A stretch of 60,000 bases of DNA from contig CM097885.1 in NCBI GenBank assembly GCA_044892525.1, positions 235,664,001 to 235,724,000 on the forward strand, given 5' to 3'. The notes beneath the pieces are model-generated. The model saw only the letters and a list, made by a program, of their open reading frames with translations. It did not search any database and was not told the DNA's origin. Position 1 is the stretch's first letter, and each line of letters starts with the position of its first letter. The position numbers and the translations under genes were made by a program. Positions 1 to 13,419 of this stretch are shown here, one piece after another. Origin of the DNA: Schmidtea polychroa (taxonomy: Eukaryota).

Positions 1-111
1 AGAAATGATTTCCTAAACAAAAACCACTGCTACTTTCACAACAAATTCGGCGACAAAGCATATAAATGCATAAAACCCTGCGAATTCCACAAAACAGAGC
101 AGGAAAACTAA
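1..111 (+). CDS. gag: C-terminus of retrotransposon Gag (partial)
   Basis: Frame 1 reads RNDFLNKNHCYFHNKFGDKAYKCIKPCEFHKTEQEN*. CxxH-x9-C-x3-C is the CHCC motif typical of CsRn1-clade Gag. Confidence 0.85.
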   Translation, partial: RNDFLNKNHCYFHNKFGDKAYKCIKPCEFHKTEQEN

Positions 112-923
112 AAATGTCACCATTGATAGCACCCACATTTGGTGACAATAATAATACTTTCACGGTGCATTCAAACAATACAGATTTTCTAATCGACACA
201 GGTTCCGTGATCTCCCTATTACCACACTACTTATACAAAAATACAAAAACTACAGAAAAGTCACTAACCGCTGCCAATGGCTCCAAAATTAAAACATTTG
301 GCCAACATACAATAACACTCACAATAAATTCAAAAAAATACAATTGGCCTTTCACAATCGCAGAAGTACAACAGTCAATAATCGGAGCCGACTTCCTAGC
401 AAATTACAACCTAATAGTGGACTGCCGAAACAAGAAAATAGTCGAAAACAACAAAACAGACAAAGAAACAGCCAGGAACACAACATCGAACTTTTCGAAA
501 GTAGACATCGGCGTGATTCAAACAAATACACCAACTATCAAAACAATCAAAACTATTGAACACGTACCAGAAATAGCCACACTACTGGCAAAATACGATA
601 AACTCTGCGAACCAGTAACTTTCGATGGAAATTCAAACCACACTACTGAACACGCAATACTGACAAACGGAAACCCAGTCCACTCAAAAGTAAGACCATT
701 GGATCCCAAAAAAATAGAAATCACAAAAAATATATTTAACGAACTGTTGGAAAACAATATAGTAAAACATTCAAACTCAGAATGGTCTTCAGCACTGATG
801 CTAAAACAAAAAGCTAACGGGGAATGGAGAGCTTGTGGCGATTACAGGCTCCTGAACACAATAATAGAGCCAGACAGCTACCCATTACCTATAATAAAAG
901 ACATAATAAATCGAATAAACGGG
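66..923 (+). CDS. pol: Pol 5' part: aspartic protease and N-terminal RT (true start probably by -1 frameshift from gag near 102-108)
   Basis: FLIDTGSVISLLP, LTAANGSKI, IIGADFL (protease); SEWSSALMLKQKANGEWRACGDYRLLN, DSYPLP (RT). Confidence 0.9.
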
Positions 924-3250
924 CAAAATATTTTTCAAAAATTGACCTACAAAAAGGATATCATCAGATCCCAATTAGAAAAGAGGACATAAAAAAGACA
1001 GCAATAACAACACCGATCGGCATGTTCGAATACAACCGAATGCCATTTGGTTTACGAAATGCAGCAGCAACTTTCCAACGATTCATGGATCAAACAATGA
1101 AAAACAACAAAAACACAATCGCTTATCTGGACGACATCCTAATAACAAGCCCAGACAAAGAAACACATCTAAAGGACGTGGAAAAAGTGTTCAAAACGCT
1201 GGACAATGCAAAACTAAAAATAAACACTCAAAAGTGCGAATTTATGAAAACGGAAATAAATTTCCTTGGTCACACGCTAAACGACAAAGGAACACAACCA
1301 ATAGAAAACAAAATAAACAATATAAAAAATTACAAATTACCGACAAACACAAGAGAATTGAGAAGATTTTTGGGAATGGTAAACTTTTACCATTCTTACA
1401 TCCCAAATTGCAGCAACCTACTGGTACCACTAAACGACATTATCAAAACCAAACGAAACGTAACAATAAACTGGACACAACAAACAACCGACACATTCAA
1501 TAAAGCCAAAGAAAGCCTATCAACGGCAACACTACTCGGTTACCCAGATCCAGAACTAGAGTATCAACTAACTACAGACTGTTCTGGTTTTGCAATGGGC
1601 GCAACAATTTTCCAGGAAAATAAATTCGGCAAACAACCACTGGGATTTTTCTCGAAAAAACTAAAATCACATCAAACAAGATACTCAACATTTGACAGAG
1701 AACTCCTAGCAATACACGAAGCAATCAAACACTTTCAACATTTACTCGAAGGACGAACCTTCAAAATATTCACAGATCACAAACCGCTAACAAACGCAAT
1801 AGAAATGAAAAACCCTTCACCAAGGCAGATTAGACAAATCAATTTCATTTCACAATTCAATTGCACAATAAACTACGTAGCAGGAAAATCAAACATAGCA
1901 GCTGATGCTCTATCAAGAATCGAAAGCGACATAAACTCCCTAGAATTCGGAGAAATAATCGAATTAGATCAAATCAAAACCAGACAAACCGATACATTAA
2001 ACAAACTGCCTACTAAACACAGCCTGAAACTACAAGAACTCAATGGAATATGGCATGACGTCTCCAACGAAAGCAACAAACGAATATTACTCCCGGAGGA
2101 ATTCCGCCAAAACTGTATCGAAAAGATACACAGGATTAACCACCCGGGAAACAAAGTAACATACGAACTAATACACAACAGTTATATATGGCCTAACATG
2201 CGGAAAGACATCAAAAACTACGTCAAGAGTTGTCACAGCTGCCAACTAAACAAAACCACAAAAAAACTTAAACCTCAAAAAGTAAACTTCCCAAGTAGCG
2301 AAGTCTTTGAAACAATACACACATATGTGGTAGGACCACTACCACCAAACGACAACTACAAATACCTGCTGACAATTATAGACAGGAAATCCAACTGGTT
2401 CGAAGTAATCCCAATAAAAGAAATCACCGCAAAAAATATCTGTGAAATGATCGAACTAAATTGGATAGCTCGTTATGGCCAACCGAAAACAATCATAACC
2501 GATCAAGGCAGGCAATTCGAATCGGAAATGTTCAAAATACTGTGCAATAAATACAATATCAAAAGAAACCGAACTACACCTTACAACCCACAATCAAATG
2601 GGATAATTGAACGGTTTCACAGAACATTAAAAGAAAGCATCAGAACAAAAGCTAATGACCAAAACTGGTTAAATCAACTGCCAACAATATTAATCGGACT
2701 GAGAAATAGCCCAAACTCAACAGATAATGAAAGTCCAGCATACAAAATTTTCGGAAAAGCAACAAACTTGCCATCACTTAAATCAGATACAAACAAAAAC
2801 ACCGAAAACAGCAAACAAATAACAAACAAAAATAGCGAAACCACCGAACAGAAACCAAAAGGAATTTTAAAAAGAAGACCGGACTCCGAATTAGACGGAA
2901 AAATAGTATTAACAACAGACTTCATCTTAATAAAAAAACCATTCACAAAAGGATTCGAATCCAAATACGAAGGTCCATTCAAACTCCTAGAAATCAACAA
3001 GAACGTCGCCACAATAATTAAAAATAACAACAAAATGAAAATAAACATCAGGCGGATAAAACCATACCACAAGAATATAGACCCCCAAAACGACTCACCG
3101 AAAGACAAAACACAAACCCAAACACAAACAAAAAAACAACCAATTCACAAAAACATCACATTCAACCACAAAAATTCAATCAAAATATTCGACAAAGACA
3201 CAATACTGGCTCCACTATACAAAAAACGTTACAGCGAATGCTTTAAATAA
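924..3250 (+). CDS. pol: Pol 3' part: RT, RNase H and integrase, offset from the 5' part by a 1-bp frameshift near 921-924
   Basis: FSKIDLQKGYHQI, MPFGLRNAAATFQ, YLDD, TDCS, YSTFDRELLAI, TDHKPL, NIAADALSR, HHCC (H..NHPG..CHSC), TDQG, NGIIERFHRTLK, YEGPF. Confidence 0.93.
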
Positions 3251-3469
3251 AAACACAAACATACACAAACAAACACACGCACAAACAGCGTTAATTGTAC
3301 AGTTTTTATTTTTCTTGTAAATACAAAACAAAATGTAAATTTTTAATTTTATTGAGGTTGTAGATACAAAGAAACAGAAACAAAATACATAAAAACATAT
3401 AAAAAAAAGGTTATTGAATGTAATTTTTTTTATGTTACTTTTTATTGATTCATGTTAACCTCCGGTTTT

Positions 3470-3480
3470 AAAGGGGGAAG
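3470..3480 (+). other. Polypurine tract
   Basis: aaagggggaag just upstream of the LTR-initial TGTAA. Confidence 0.8.
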
Positions 3481-3483
3481 TTA

Positions 3484-3795
3484 TGTAATGTACAGCTATT
3501 TTTGTTAATATTTTAGTGTTCACAATTAGGAATTGTGAATACTAAAATATAAAATGCCACCATCTGGGAAATCCAGATTTTTAAAAAAATCTATATAGCG
3601 ATAATTTACTATAGTAAATTATCGCTATAGGAAATAAAAAAATCGATAAAAAAATTTTGAATAAACGAAGATTAGAGTTAAACTGAAATATATCCCAGTT
3701 TTTGATCAAAGTTCTTTATTGTCAATTGGATTAATCCCGAAATTAAATCGAAGATCATTCCTGTCTTTGACCAAACCAGGAGCAAACCACTTACA
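3484..3795 (+). repeat. 3' LTR (~312 bp)
   Basis: TGTAA...TTACA inverted termini, follows the PPT, internal AATAAA; the 5' LTR is not in the window to confirm the ends. Confidence 0.75.
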
Positions 3796-4149
3796 TTTCC
3801 ATTATTCTAGTTTTGAAATAAAGCACATATTTGCCGTTGTTACAATCTGATTATCAACATTTCCTATTGCCAATTGGATTGATCTCGGAGTATCAGAATC
3901 GCACTAGAGTTTGTAGAAAGTATTATTTATTATTTTAGTTAATAAAGTTTATAATTTATTCTTGTTGAATATTAATTTTGTTTTTTATTTATTATTGTTA
4001 TATCACGTAACACAACCTGCACCCCGATTGTCCCGCCACAAGTTTTAACGGAGACTCTTTCGGGCCCATCAATTTTCTTAGCAAATAACAGCCTCCAAAC
4101 ATAACAAATTCATATCACACACAAATATAATAATCTAAAACAATAATAA

Positions 4150-4675
4150 AACAACCAACATCAACCAGGTACTAAGCATTAATTACCAACTACTAAGTAC
4201 CTACAACCAACTAGGTACTAGATACCAAGTACCTACAACTGACAACAACCAGGTACTAAGCACTGTCAACTAGATACCAAACACTTACAACCTACAACTA
4301 GTTACTAACAACCAGTTACCTGTTACCAAGTACATACAACCAAAACAACCAACCAACTAGGTACCAGATACCGAGTACTCACAACCGTCAATAACCAGGT
4401 ACTAAGCATTATCAACCAACTACCAAGTACCTACAACCAACTAGCTACCACCTACCATGTACTAACAACCAACAACAACCAGGTACTAAGCATTATCAAC
4501 CAACTACTAAGTACTAACAACCAAAAACAAGCAACTAACTAGGTACTAGATACCAAGTACTAACAACCCACAACAACCAGGTACTAAGCATTATCAAACA
4601 AGTACTAACAACTAGATACCTAGTACTAACAACCCGCTAACAACTATATACCAAGCACTTACAACCAGATGACCA
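4150..4675 (+). repeat. Complex CAAC-rich satellite (caaccaggtactaagcattat / ccaagtacctacaac units)
   Basis: Repeated 10-25 bp modules; reverse complement of the 13420-14720 block. Confidence 0.85.
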
Positions 4676-4959
4676 CATGAAATTATTGTTTAAATATGAA
4701 AATAATGGTTAAAATTAGTTGTTAAGTAAATTATGGTGTAAAATTAAGTAATAAAGCATAATTAGGTAAATTAAGGATAAATTAAGGAAAATTAAGGTTC
4801 AAAATTAAAAATTAAGTAACCAATGGTTCAAATTTTAAATTAAAGCTAAATAAGTAAAGTAAACTAAGATTTTTAAATTTATTATCAAAAGATTGAATAA
4901 CCACCAACTTTTTTGAGAAATGTAATTTATAATGAAAATTTTTAATGAAAATTTTAATG

Positions 4960-5017
<58 letters not shown>

Positions 5018-5527
5018 TATAATATTAATAAAAATAATTATAATAATAATAAAAATAATAATAATTCAACAGTTACCAACAATCGGTTATTAAATATTTT
5101 TAACTAGGTGCTAACAAATAATTACAACATGATACCACGTACTAACTAACTCTCAAACAACCAAGTAAAAACAACCTACTAAATATTCTTCATTGTATTT
5201 TATGAAATGCTTTTTAAAATTAATTTTTTTTATACAGCTTCTATAATAATTTTAATTACAATCAGAAGAAAAACCTTTTCAAATTTAACAAAAATGTTGA
5301 TTTTCATCAAAAACCACAACTCAATCACTTTAAAACACCACGTGAAATTCAAAATAATTTAAATTACAATGAAAGACTAATGAATTCTAATTTACAAAAC
5401 ATTCTTCTTTTAATTGATAACTACTGACTTATTATTGCAATGTAAAAATCGCATTCAATAAATACTTATTGTTGATCAGTTTTATTATATATACTCTGAG
5501 TTTATCCGACAGGATGTTTTGATCCCC

Positions 5528-5618
5528 CTAAGGGTACAGGTCGTAAGGGTACTGGTCGTAAGGGTACTGGTAGTAAGGGTATTAGTCGTAAAGGTACTAG
5601 TCGTAAGTGTATTGGTAA
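5528..5618 (+). repeat. 15-bp tandem repeat (gtaagggtactggtc), ~6 copies
   Basis: Direct inspection; ~2 copies in the right arm (12535-12565) and degenerate copies at 8670-8745. Confidence 0.85.
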
Positions 5619-7424
5619 CACTCAACCACCACCTACCCAATAACTAGCTAAAACCAGCTAACAACTAGATACCAAGTACTTACAACCGACAACAACCAGG
5701 TACTAAGCATTATCAACCTACAACTATATAACAACAATCAGTAAACAACACTGTACCAACTACCAATATAAGATACCAACAATATAGTATCATCAACCAG
5801 TAACTTACGAACATGTACTAACAACCAACAACTATGTACTAACAAATTGATCTTTAAAAGAAAATACTCTTCACTTGCAATATTGATCACACTCAATCCC
5901 ACCTACTAATTAATTAACTACCATGTACTAACCACTAGATTTCAAACAACGAAATACTAAACAATTACAACCATGTACTAACAACCACCATCAAAACCCA
6001 TCGAGAAATTAACAAATATCAACCAACAACTATGTACTAACAAATCGATATTTAAAAGAAAATACTCATCACTTGAAAAATTGGATGAAAAATTAATTGA
6101 ACTCAAAGCACTTTTAAGATATTTGAACTCAAGGCATCAATAACTTGATAAAAATTGATTAAATAATTGTAAAAATTTAAATTATTCAAAATAAATATCA
6201 TAAAAATTTAATTAATGGACAAGAAAAAATTCTAATCATTAATCATCCAGTAAATTTAAAAAAAATACTGATCATTCAAGTTGAATCAACTAAGTTAATA
6301 AATTAATAAGGTAAGATCTAGTAGATTATTGATTTAGATTGAATAAATTAATTGAAATAAAATTAATTTTAATTATTTTTTTTAAAATTAATACTCAAAT
6401 GTACTCAAAACGATTGACTGAATGCTCAAAATATTCAAAGAATTCAGTAGAAATTCATTACAATTATCAATGTCATCAATCTACAATAAAAATAATTATC
6501 ATTAAATTCCAAGAGACTAGAAAACTAATAAACCAGTAAATTCATTTAAATGACAATAATTGGTATATTCAAGCGCATTCTCTAATAAAATCATCTAAAA
6601 AGCATCAAATTTCCCTGAAATATCTCTATCTTTTAAGATTAGTATCTTATCGATAAGTACTTGTTAAAGATCATATATTCACCTCAAACTAATAAGATTC
6701 CTTAAAATCCCTTAAATGACTATATTTCAACCCTTAATTCATATTATTACAAATATCATCTAAAAAGCATCAAATTTCCTTGAAATAACTCTATCCTTAA
6801 AGATTGATAATTTAATGATAAGTACCCGTAAAAGATCATATATTCCCGTCAGATTAATAAGATTGCTTGAAATCCCCTTTAAATGACTATAATTCTAACT
6901 TTAATTCCTATTATCATACATATTTCACTATTGATAAAACCAGTTATAATTAAATTTTTGTTAATCACTGTACTCGAAATTTAAAATAAATATAACTGAC
7001 TAGGTCCCATTGAAAGATTAAATTTATCCATTCAATAAAATATATTTCTTCAAATGGTCTTATTTTACCAATATTCAACCGATTTAATTACTAATTAAAA
7101 TCACCCGATAAATTTCTTTCAATAAAGATCAATTTTATTTAGTTGTTGTCGATGTTTTAAGTCCATATTTTTCAACTTTTGTCATTCTCCGCCTAAATAA
7201 AGATAAAAATAAATTAAAGTTGATATCAATCCCAATTATCTGTAAAGTTTTCATTGTCAAAACTAAGTAAATCGATCATTATCCCTACTTAATAAAACAT
7301 AAATCTAAATTAATTTACTGTGCATTAATCACAACCTAATAAAACGATATAATTATTATTGATTCATAACTGACTAATGTATTGCAATTTCCCTTAAAAC
7401 ATTGATATTTTACCAACATCATCC

Positions 7425-7590
7425 TTAAAAAATCATATATTCCCATCTTAACCGATCTCTTATTAAAGTCAATCGACTATATCCCCCTTACAATGAAATA
7501 TTCCTACTTTATCCGATCTCTCAATTAATCCAACCGACTATATCCCCCCTTAAAAGATCATATTTTCCCATCTTAACCGATCTCTTACCA
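7425..7590 (+). repeat. ~62-bp tandem repeat, ~2.5 copies
   Basis: Unit aaagatcatatattcccatcttaaccgatctc...cgactatatcccctt. Confidence 0.8.
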
Positions 7591-8394
7591 AATATTTCTA
7601 CCTCTTTAAACATCTAACTAAATATATCCTTCAATTCTACCCACTTGAATCCTCCTTTTATTCAGTCAATCCTCTTAAAATCCTTAGAGAACTTCAAAAA
7701 TATGACTTATTTGTTATAGACACCAAATATTCTTCCATTGAAATAATTTAGAAGCTAAATAATAAGAGTCCACTAAAAGATCAAAATTCACTAAATTTTC
7801 TACAAATATTTACCATCAAATACCTAACTGGATATGATATATATTGATTGATTATAATTCTTCATCGATTCAACCAATCATTTTCAAGCAATAACAGCAA
7901 ACTAAATTTCTGTATATCCTACAATAATTATCAAGTAAATTTAAAGTCATTGATAAAGTTAACAGGTTTCTTAGCTTATGTTTTTTAAAGTGCATCAATG
8001 TGTAAATATTCTTAGAAAATTATTGAAAAATTATTTAGTCAAATACATTACAAAGTTATCATCAAAAATCACTTAATTATTAACCTAATTGTCAATGAAA
8101 TTAATTTTTATTTAAAAACTATTCAATAAAATACAACTAGTTATCAGGAAATTAATTAAATTTATCAATTAAAGTTATCACCATTAAAACTTTAAATTTT
8201 TAATCAGTCAACATGAAATTCTTAGAAAATTATTCAATATCCTCATCAAAATTTATCCTACCACTTGATTATTGTACAAACTCTAATTATTAAAAATAAT
8301 TTTTATTTAAAATTAAAAAAACATCCAATTATCAAGAAATTAATTAAATTTATCTTAGAACTAACTTTAAATATTCATTCAATAAACATGAAAT

Positions 8395-8590
8395 TTGCAA
8401 AAATAATAGAAATTCACAAAAATGATAAAAATTCATGAAAATGATAGATATCCACAAAAATTACTGATATTCACAAAAAACGATAAAAATTCACAAAAAT
8501 GATAGAAATCTGCAAAAATAATAGAAATTTACAAAAATCAAAGAAATTCACAAAAATGATAGAAGTTCATAAAAATTATAGAAATTTACT
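8395..8590 (+). repeat. 21-bp tandem repeat (aaaaatgatagaaattcacaa), ~9 copies
   Basis: Direct inspection; lies in the spacer of the inverted repeat. Confidence 0.85.
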
Positions 8591-9808
8591 TGAATATATA
8601 CTAAAACTATCAACTCTAAAAATTATCAATGCTTAAACAACAAATTTGCCTAAATAATCATTCAAATAAATATCAGTACCTTTATGATCTGTACCCTTGC
8701 GACATGTTGAATGCGAGTAGTACCTTTGTGAGCAATACCCATAGGGGGACAGAATATTTTGTCGGATAAACTCAGAGTATATATTAATTGACTCATTCAA
8801 ATTTTTCATTGAATTAGTCAAATTATCATAAATTTCGATAAAAATTCTAAAGTGGTAAGCAATGTAAAATGTAAAGAGAAATATTCTTTAAACTTTGATA
8901 AAATTAACATTGAATGTGGTAAGAATCTTCATTAAAGTGAGGAAATTATTCATTACTCGATGATAAATTCAAATGGGTGAAAATAATTGGTAGAATAATT
9001 CATTAATGGAGGTAAATACTGAGAATGGGCATAGATAACATGAAGGTTGATAAGAATGGAAATATATTAATTGAATTTATTTAAAATTATTTCATAAAAT
9101 TCATAAATTTAATAAAATAAATCTTAAAAGAAATATTTGTGGGGGAATAATTAATCAAAATCGGGGGATATTAGTGATTAAATAGTGGAAAATCGGGGGG
9201 ATATTAGTGATTAATTAATGGAAAATAGAGAATCGGGGGTATATAAGTGAGAAGGATATGTAATTTAAACTATTTTATTACATAACAAACCGTGACTAGT
9301 TTATTACATAACAAGCTGTGAATGGTATTTGAATAAGAAATATGGAATAGGTCTTTTTTTAAATTTTTGACTAAAATAAATTCTAAAATAATAGCAAATT
9401 ATTACTAAAATGTTTTAATTTGCATTATGTATTTCAAAAACAATTATCATAAAAGATAATAATATATATATATATTACTCTTTTTATTCAAAATAAGTAC
9501 AATATTCAAATATAAGTCTTAGAAAATACAATCAAAATTAAATTTTAAAAATATAAATTTTATAAGTTTTTCAAATTCTCAAATAATGTAAATAATAATT
9601 TAATTTTTACCAGTTATATGCTTTTAAACTTATTGATGGAATAAAACATTAGAAATAAAAAGTTTATGTTGTATAAGTCCTTTAATATTGTAATAATAGC
9701 TATTTATTAATAAATTTATTATTTTACGTTAAATATTTCAAAAAGAATTATCATATTAAAACAATAAAATGATAATTTAAGCCTTTTGTTGCAAATAATG
9801 TATTTAAT

Positions 9809-9847
9809 GAAAGAATTTTCGACTATACGATAGTCCTTGTCAATCTC
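9809..9847 (-). ncRNA. Minimal hammerhead-ribozyme-like motif (U3-A8 variant) in a Penelope-like fragment
   Basis: Minus strand GAGA-UUGACAA-G-GACUAU cgu AUAGUC-GAAA-AU-UC-UUUC, with a perfect 6-bp stem II. Confidence 0.55.
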
Positions 9848-10639
9848 CTTAAAAAAAATTTGTTAAAATATAATCTTTGATGTTTTTATTTCTCTTGATG
9901 TTTTGATCTTTGTTGAGAATCTGAGGTAAGTGGATCTTATCAATTGTTGTTGGATAGATCTTTATTTCCTTACATCGGCGAAGGAAATTTATTTGGCAGT
10001 ATAAGAATTTCATGTTGACTGATTAAAAATTTAAAGTTTTAATGGTGATAACTTTAATTGATAAATTTAATTAATTTCCTGATAACTAGTTGTATTTTAT
10101 TGAATAGTTTTTAAATAAAAATTAATTTCATTGACAATTAGGTTAATAATTAAGTGATTTTTGATGATAACTTTGTAATGTATTTGACTAAATAATTTTT
10201 CAATAATTTTCTAAGAATATTTACACATTGATGCACTTTAAAAAACATAAGCTAAGAAACCTGTTAACTTTATCAATGACTTTAAATTTACTTGATAATT
10301 ATTGTAGGATATACAGAAATTTAGTTTGCTGTTATTGCTTGAAAATGATTGGTTGAATCGATGAAGAATTATAATCAATCAATATATATCATATCCAGTT
10401 AGGTATTTGATGGTAAATATTTGTAGAAAATTTAGTGAATTTTGATCTTTTAGTGGACTCTTATTATTTAGCTTCTAAATTATTTCAATGGAAGAATATT
10501 TGGTATTTGTAACAGTTTATGAAAATTCATATTTTTTGAAGAATTCTCTAAGGATATTAAGAGGATTGATATATATTAAAGGGTTCAAGTGGGTAGAATT
10601 GAAGGATATATTCGGTTAGATGTTTAAAGAGGTAGAAAT

Positions 10640-10910
10640 ATTTAATGAGAGATCGGTTAAGATGGGATATTGTTGGTTAGATTTAATGAGAGATCGGATA
10701 ATATGGGGAAAATATGATCTTTTAAGGGGATATAGTCGGTTAAATTTAATGAGAGATGGGTTAAGATGGGAATATATGATCTTTTGATGGGATGTAGTCG
10801 GTTAAATTTAATGAGGGATGGGTTAAGATGGGAATATATCATTGTAAGGGGGATATAGTCGATTGATTTTAATGAGAGATGGGTTAAGATGGGAATATAT
10901 GATTTTTTAA
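10640..10910 (-). repeat. ~62-bp tandem repeat, ~4.5 copies (right-arm counterpart of 7425-7590)
   Basis: Direct inspection. Confidence 0.8.
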
Positions 10911-13027
10911 GGATGATGTTGGTAAAATATCAATGTTTTAAGGGAAATGTCAATTAACATTAGTCAGTTATGAATCAATAATAATTATATCGTTTTATTA
11001 GGTTGTGATTAATGCACAGTAAATTATTTTAGAACAATGTTTTATTAAGTAGAGATGATGATCGATTTACTTGGTTTTGACAATGAAATCTTTACAGATA
11101 ATTGGGATTGACTTCAACTTTAAATTATTTTTATCTTTATTTAGGCGGAGAATGACAAAAGTTTAGAAATATGGACTTAAAACATCGACAACAACTAAAT
11201 AAAATTGATCTTTATTGGAAGAAATATATCGATTGAATATCAGTAAAAATGATCATTTGAAGAAATATATTTTATTGAATGGATAAATTTAATCTTTCAA
11301 TGGGACCTAGTCAGTTATATTGTACAGTAATATTTATTTAAAATATCGAGTACAGTGATTAACAAAAATTTAATTATAACCAGTTTTATCATTAGATTTT
11401 ATAAATTATTTAGGGTTAATTATTTTACATGTTTTATAGGGAAATATTCGTGATAATAGGAATTAAAGTTAGAATTATAGTCATTTAAATGGGAGTTTAA
11501 GCAATCTTATTAGTGTGAGGTAAATATATAACCTTTTAAGGATATTTATCGATAAAATACTAATCTTTATAGATAGAGTTATTTCAGGGAAATTTCATGT
11601 TTTTTAGATGATTTTAGTAAAATATTTGTAATAATATGAAATAAAGGTAAAAATATAATCATTTAAGGAATCTTATTAGTTTGAGGAGAATATATGATCT
11701 TTAACAAGTATTTATCATTAAAATACCAATCTTTAAATTTTGATATATTTAGGGGAAAATGATGCTTTTTAGATGATTTTATTGGAGAATTCACTTGGAT
11801 ATACCAATTATTGTCATTTAAATGAATTTACTGGTTTATTAGTTTTCTAGTCTCTTTTGGAATTTAATGATAATTATTTTTATTGTAGATTGCTGACTTT
11901 GATAATTGTAATGAATTTCTACTGAAATCTTTGAATATTTTGAGCAATCAGTCAATCATTTTGAGTACATGTATTACTTTTAAAAAAAAATAATTAAAAT
12001 TAATTTTATTTAAATTAATTTATTCAATCTAAATCAATTATCTACTAGATCTTATCTTATTAATTTATTAACTTAGTTGATTCAACTTGAATGATGAGTA
12101 TTTTTCTTTTATTTACTTGATGATTAATGATTAGAATTCTTTCTTGTCCATTAATTAAATTTTTATGACATTTATTTTGAAAATTTTAAATTTTTACAAT
12201 AATTTAATCAATTTTTACCAAGTTATTGATGCCTTGAGTTCAAATAATTTTTCATCCAATTTTTCAAGTGATGAGTATTTTCTTTTAAAGATCAATTTGT
12301 TAATACATAGTTGTTGGTTGTTAGTACATGTTTGTAAGTTACTGGTTGATGATATTATGTTGTTGGTATCTTATATTTGGTAGTTGGTATAGTGTTGTTT
12401 ACTGATTGTTATATAGTTGTAGGTTGATAATGCTTAGTACCTGGTTGATGGTGGTTGTATGTACTTGGTATTTAGTTGTTAGCTGGTATATATTACTTAG
12501 TAGCTAGTTAATGGATAGGTTGTGGTTGAGTTTTACCAATACCCTTACGACCTGTACCCTTAGGGGGTCAAAACATCCTGTCGGATAAACTCAGAGTATA
12601 TATATAATAAAACTGATCAACAATAAGTATTTATTGAATGCGATTTTTACTTTGCAATAATAAGTCAGTAGTTATCAATTAAAAGAAGAATGTTTTGTAA
12701 ATTAGAATTCATTAGTCTTTCATTGTAATTTAAATTATTTTGAATTCCACGTGGTGATGAGTTGTGGTTTTTTGATGAAAATCAACATTTTTGTTAAATT
12801 TGAAAAGGTTTTTCTACTGATTGTAATTTAAATTATTATAGAAGATGTATAAAAAAAAATATTAATTTAAAAAGCATTTCATAAAATGCAGTGAAGAATA
12901 TTTAGTAGTTCGTTGTAAGTATCTGGTTGTTTGAGAGTTAGTACGTGGTATCATGTTGAAAGTACTTATTTGTTAGCACTTAGTTAAAAATATTTAGTAA
13001 CCGATTGTTGGTAACTGTTGAATTATT

Positions 13028-13094
<67 letters not shown>

Positions 13095-13419
13095 CATTAA
13101 AATTTCCATTTAAATTTTCATTATAAATTACATTTCTCAAAAAAGTTGGTGGTTATTCAATCTTTTGATAATAAATTTAAAAATCTTAGTTTAATTTATT
13201 TATTACATTACTTATTTAAAAATTATTACTTTAATTTACTCATTTAGCTTTAATTTAAAATTTAAACCATTGTTTTCTTTAATTTAAAATTTTTAACTTT
13301 AATTTACTTATCCCTAATTTACCTAATTATTCTTTATTTCTTAATTTTACACCATAATTTACTTAACAACTAAATATAATCCTTATTTTCATATTTAACC
13401 AATAATTTCATGTGGTCAT

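Larger units (their letters stand above)
1..3795 (+). mobile_element. Ty3/Gypsy LTR retrotransposon (CsRn1/Boudicca-like clade), 5' part outside the window
   Basis: gag end with CHCC motif, pol domain order PR-RT-RH-IN, polypurine tract and a TG...CA LTR. Confidence 0.93.
4150..8224 (+). repeat. Left arm of a giant inverted repeat
   Basis: Reverse complement matches 10002-~14700 along its length (e.g. 7722-8224 = rc 10002-10504; 5486-5540 = rc ~12550-12604). Confidence 0.92.

Noticed and set aside
344..3108. Short overlapping and antisense ORFs within pol
   Set aside because: Shadows of the A-rich pol frame
3796..4150. Possible left terminus of the foldback, or a coding remnant
   Set aside because: No counterpart of the AGTAGGTAGT terminus; the shared tattatttat at 3921 and 16019 is uninformative in AT-rich DNA
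10657..10842. LRR-like peptide DHIFPILSDLSLNL from the tandem repeat
   Set aside because: The unit is mostly 62 bp, so frame is not maintained, and it has internal sub-repeats; more consistent with a non-coding satellite
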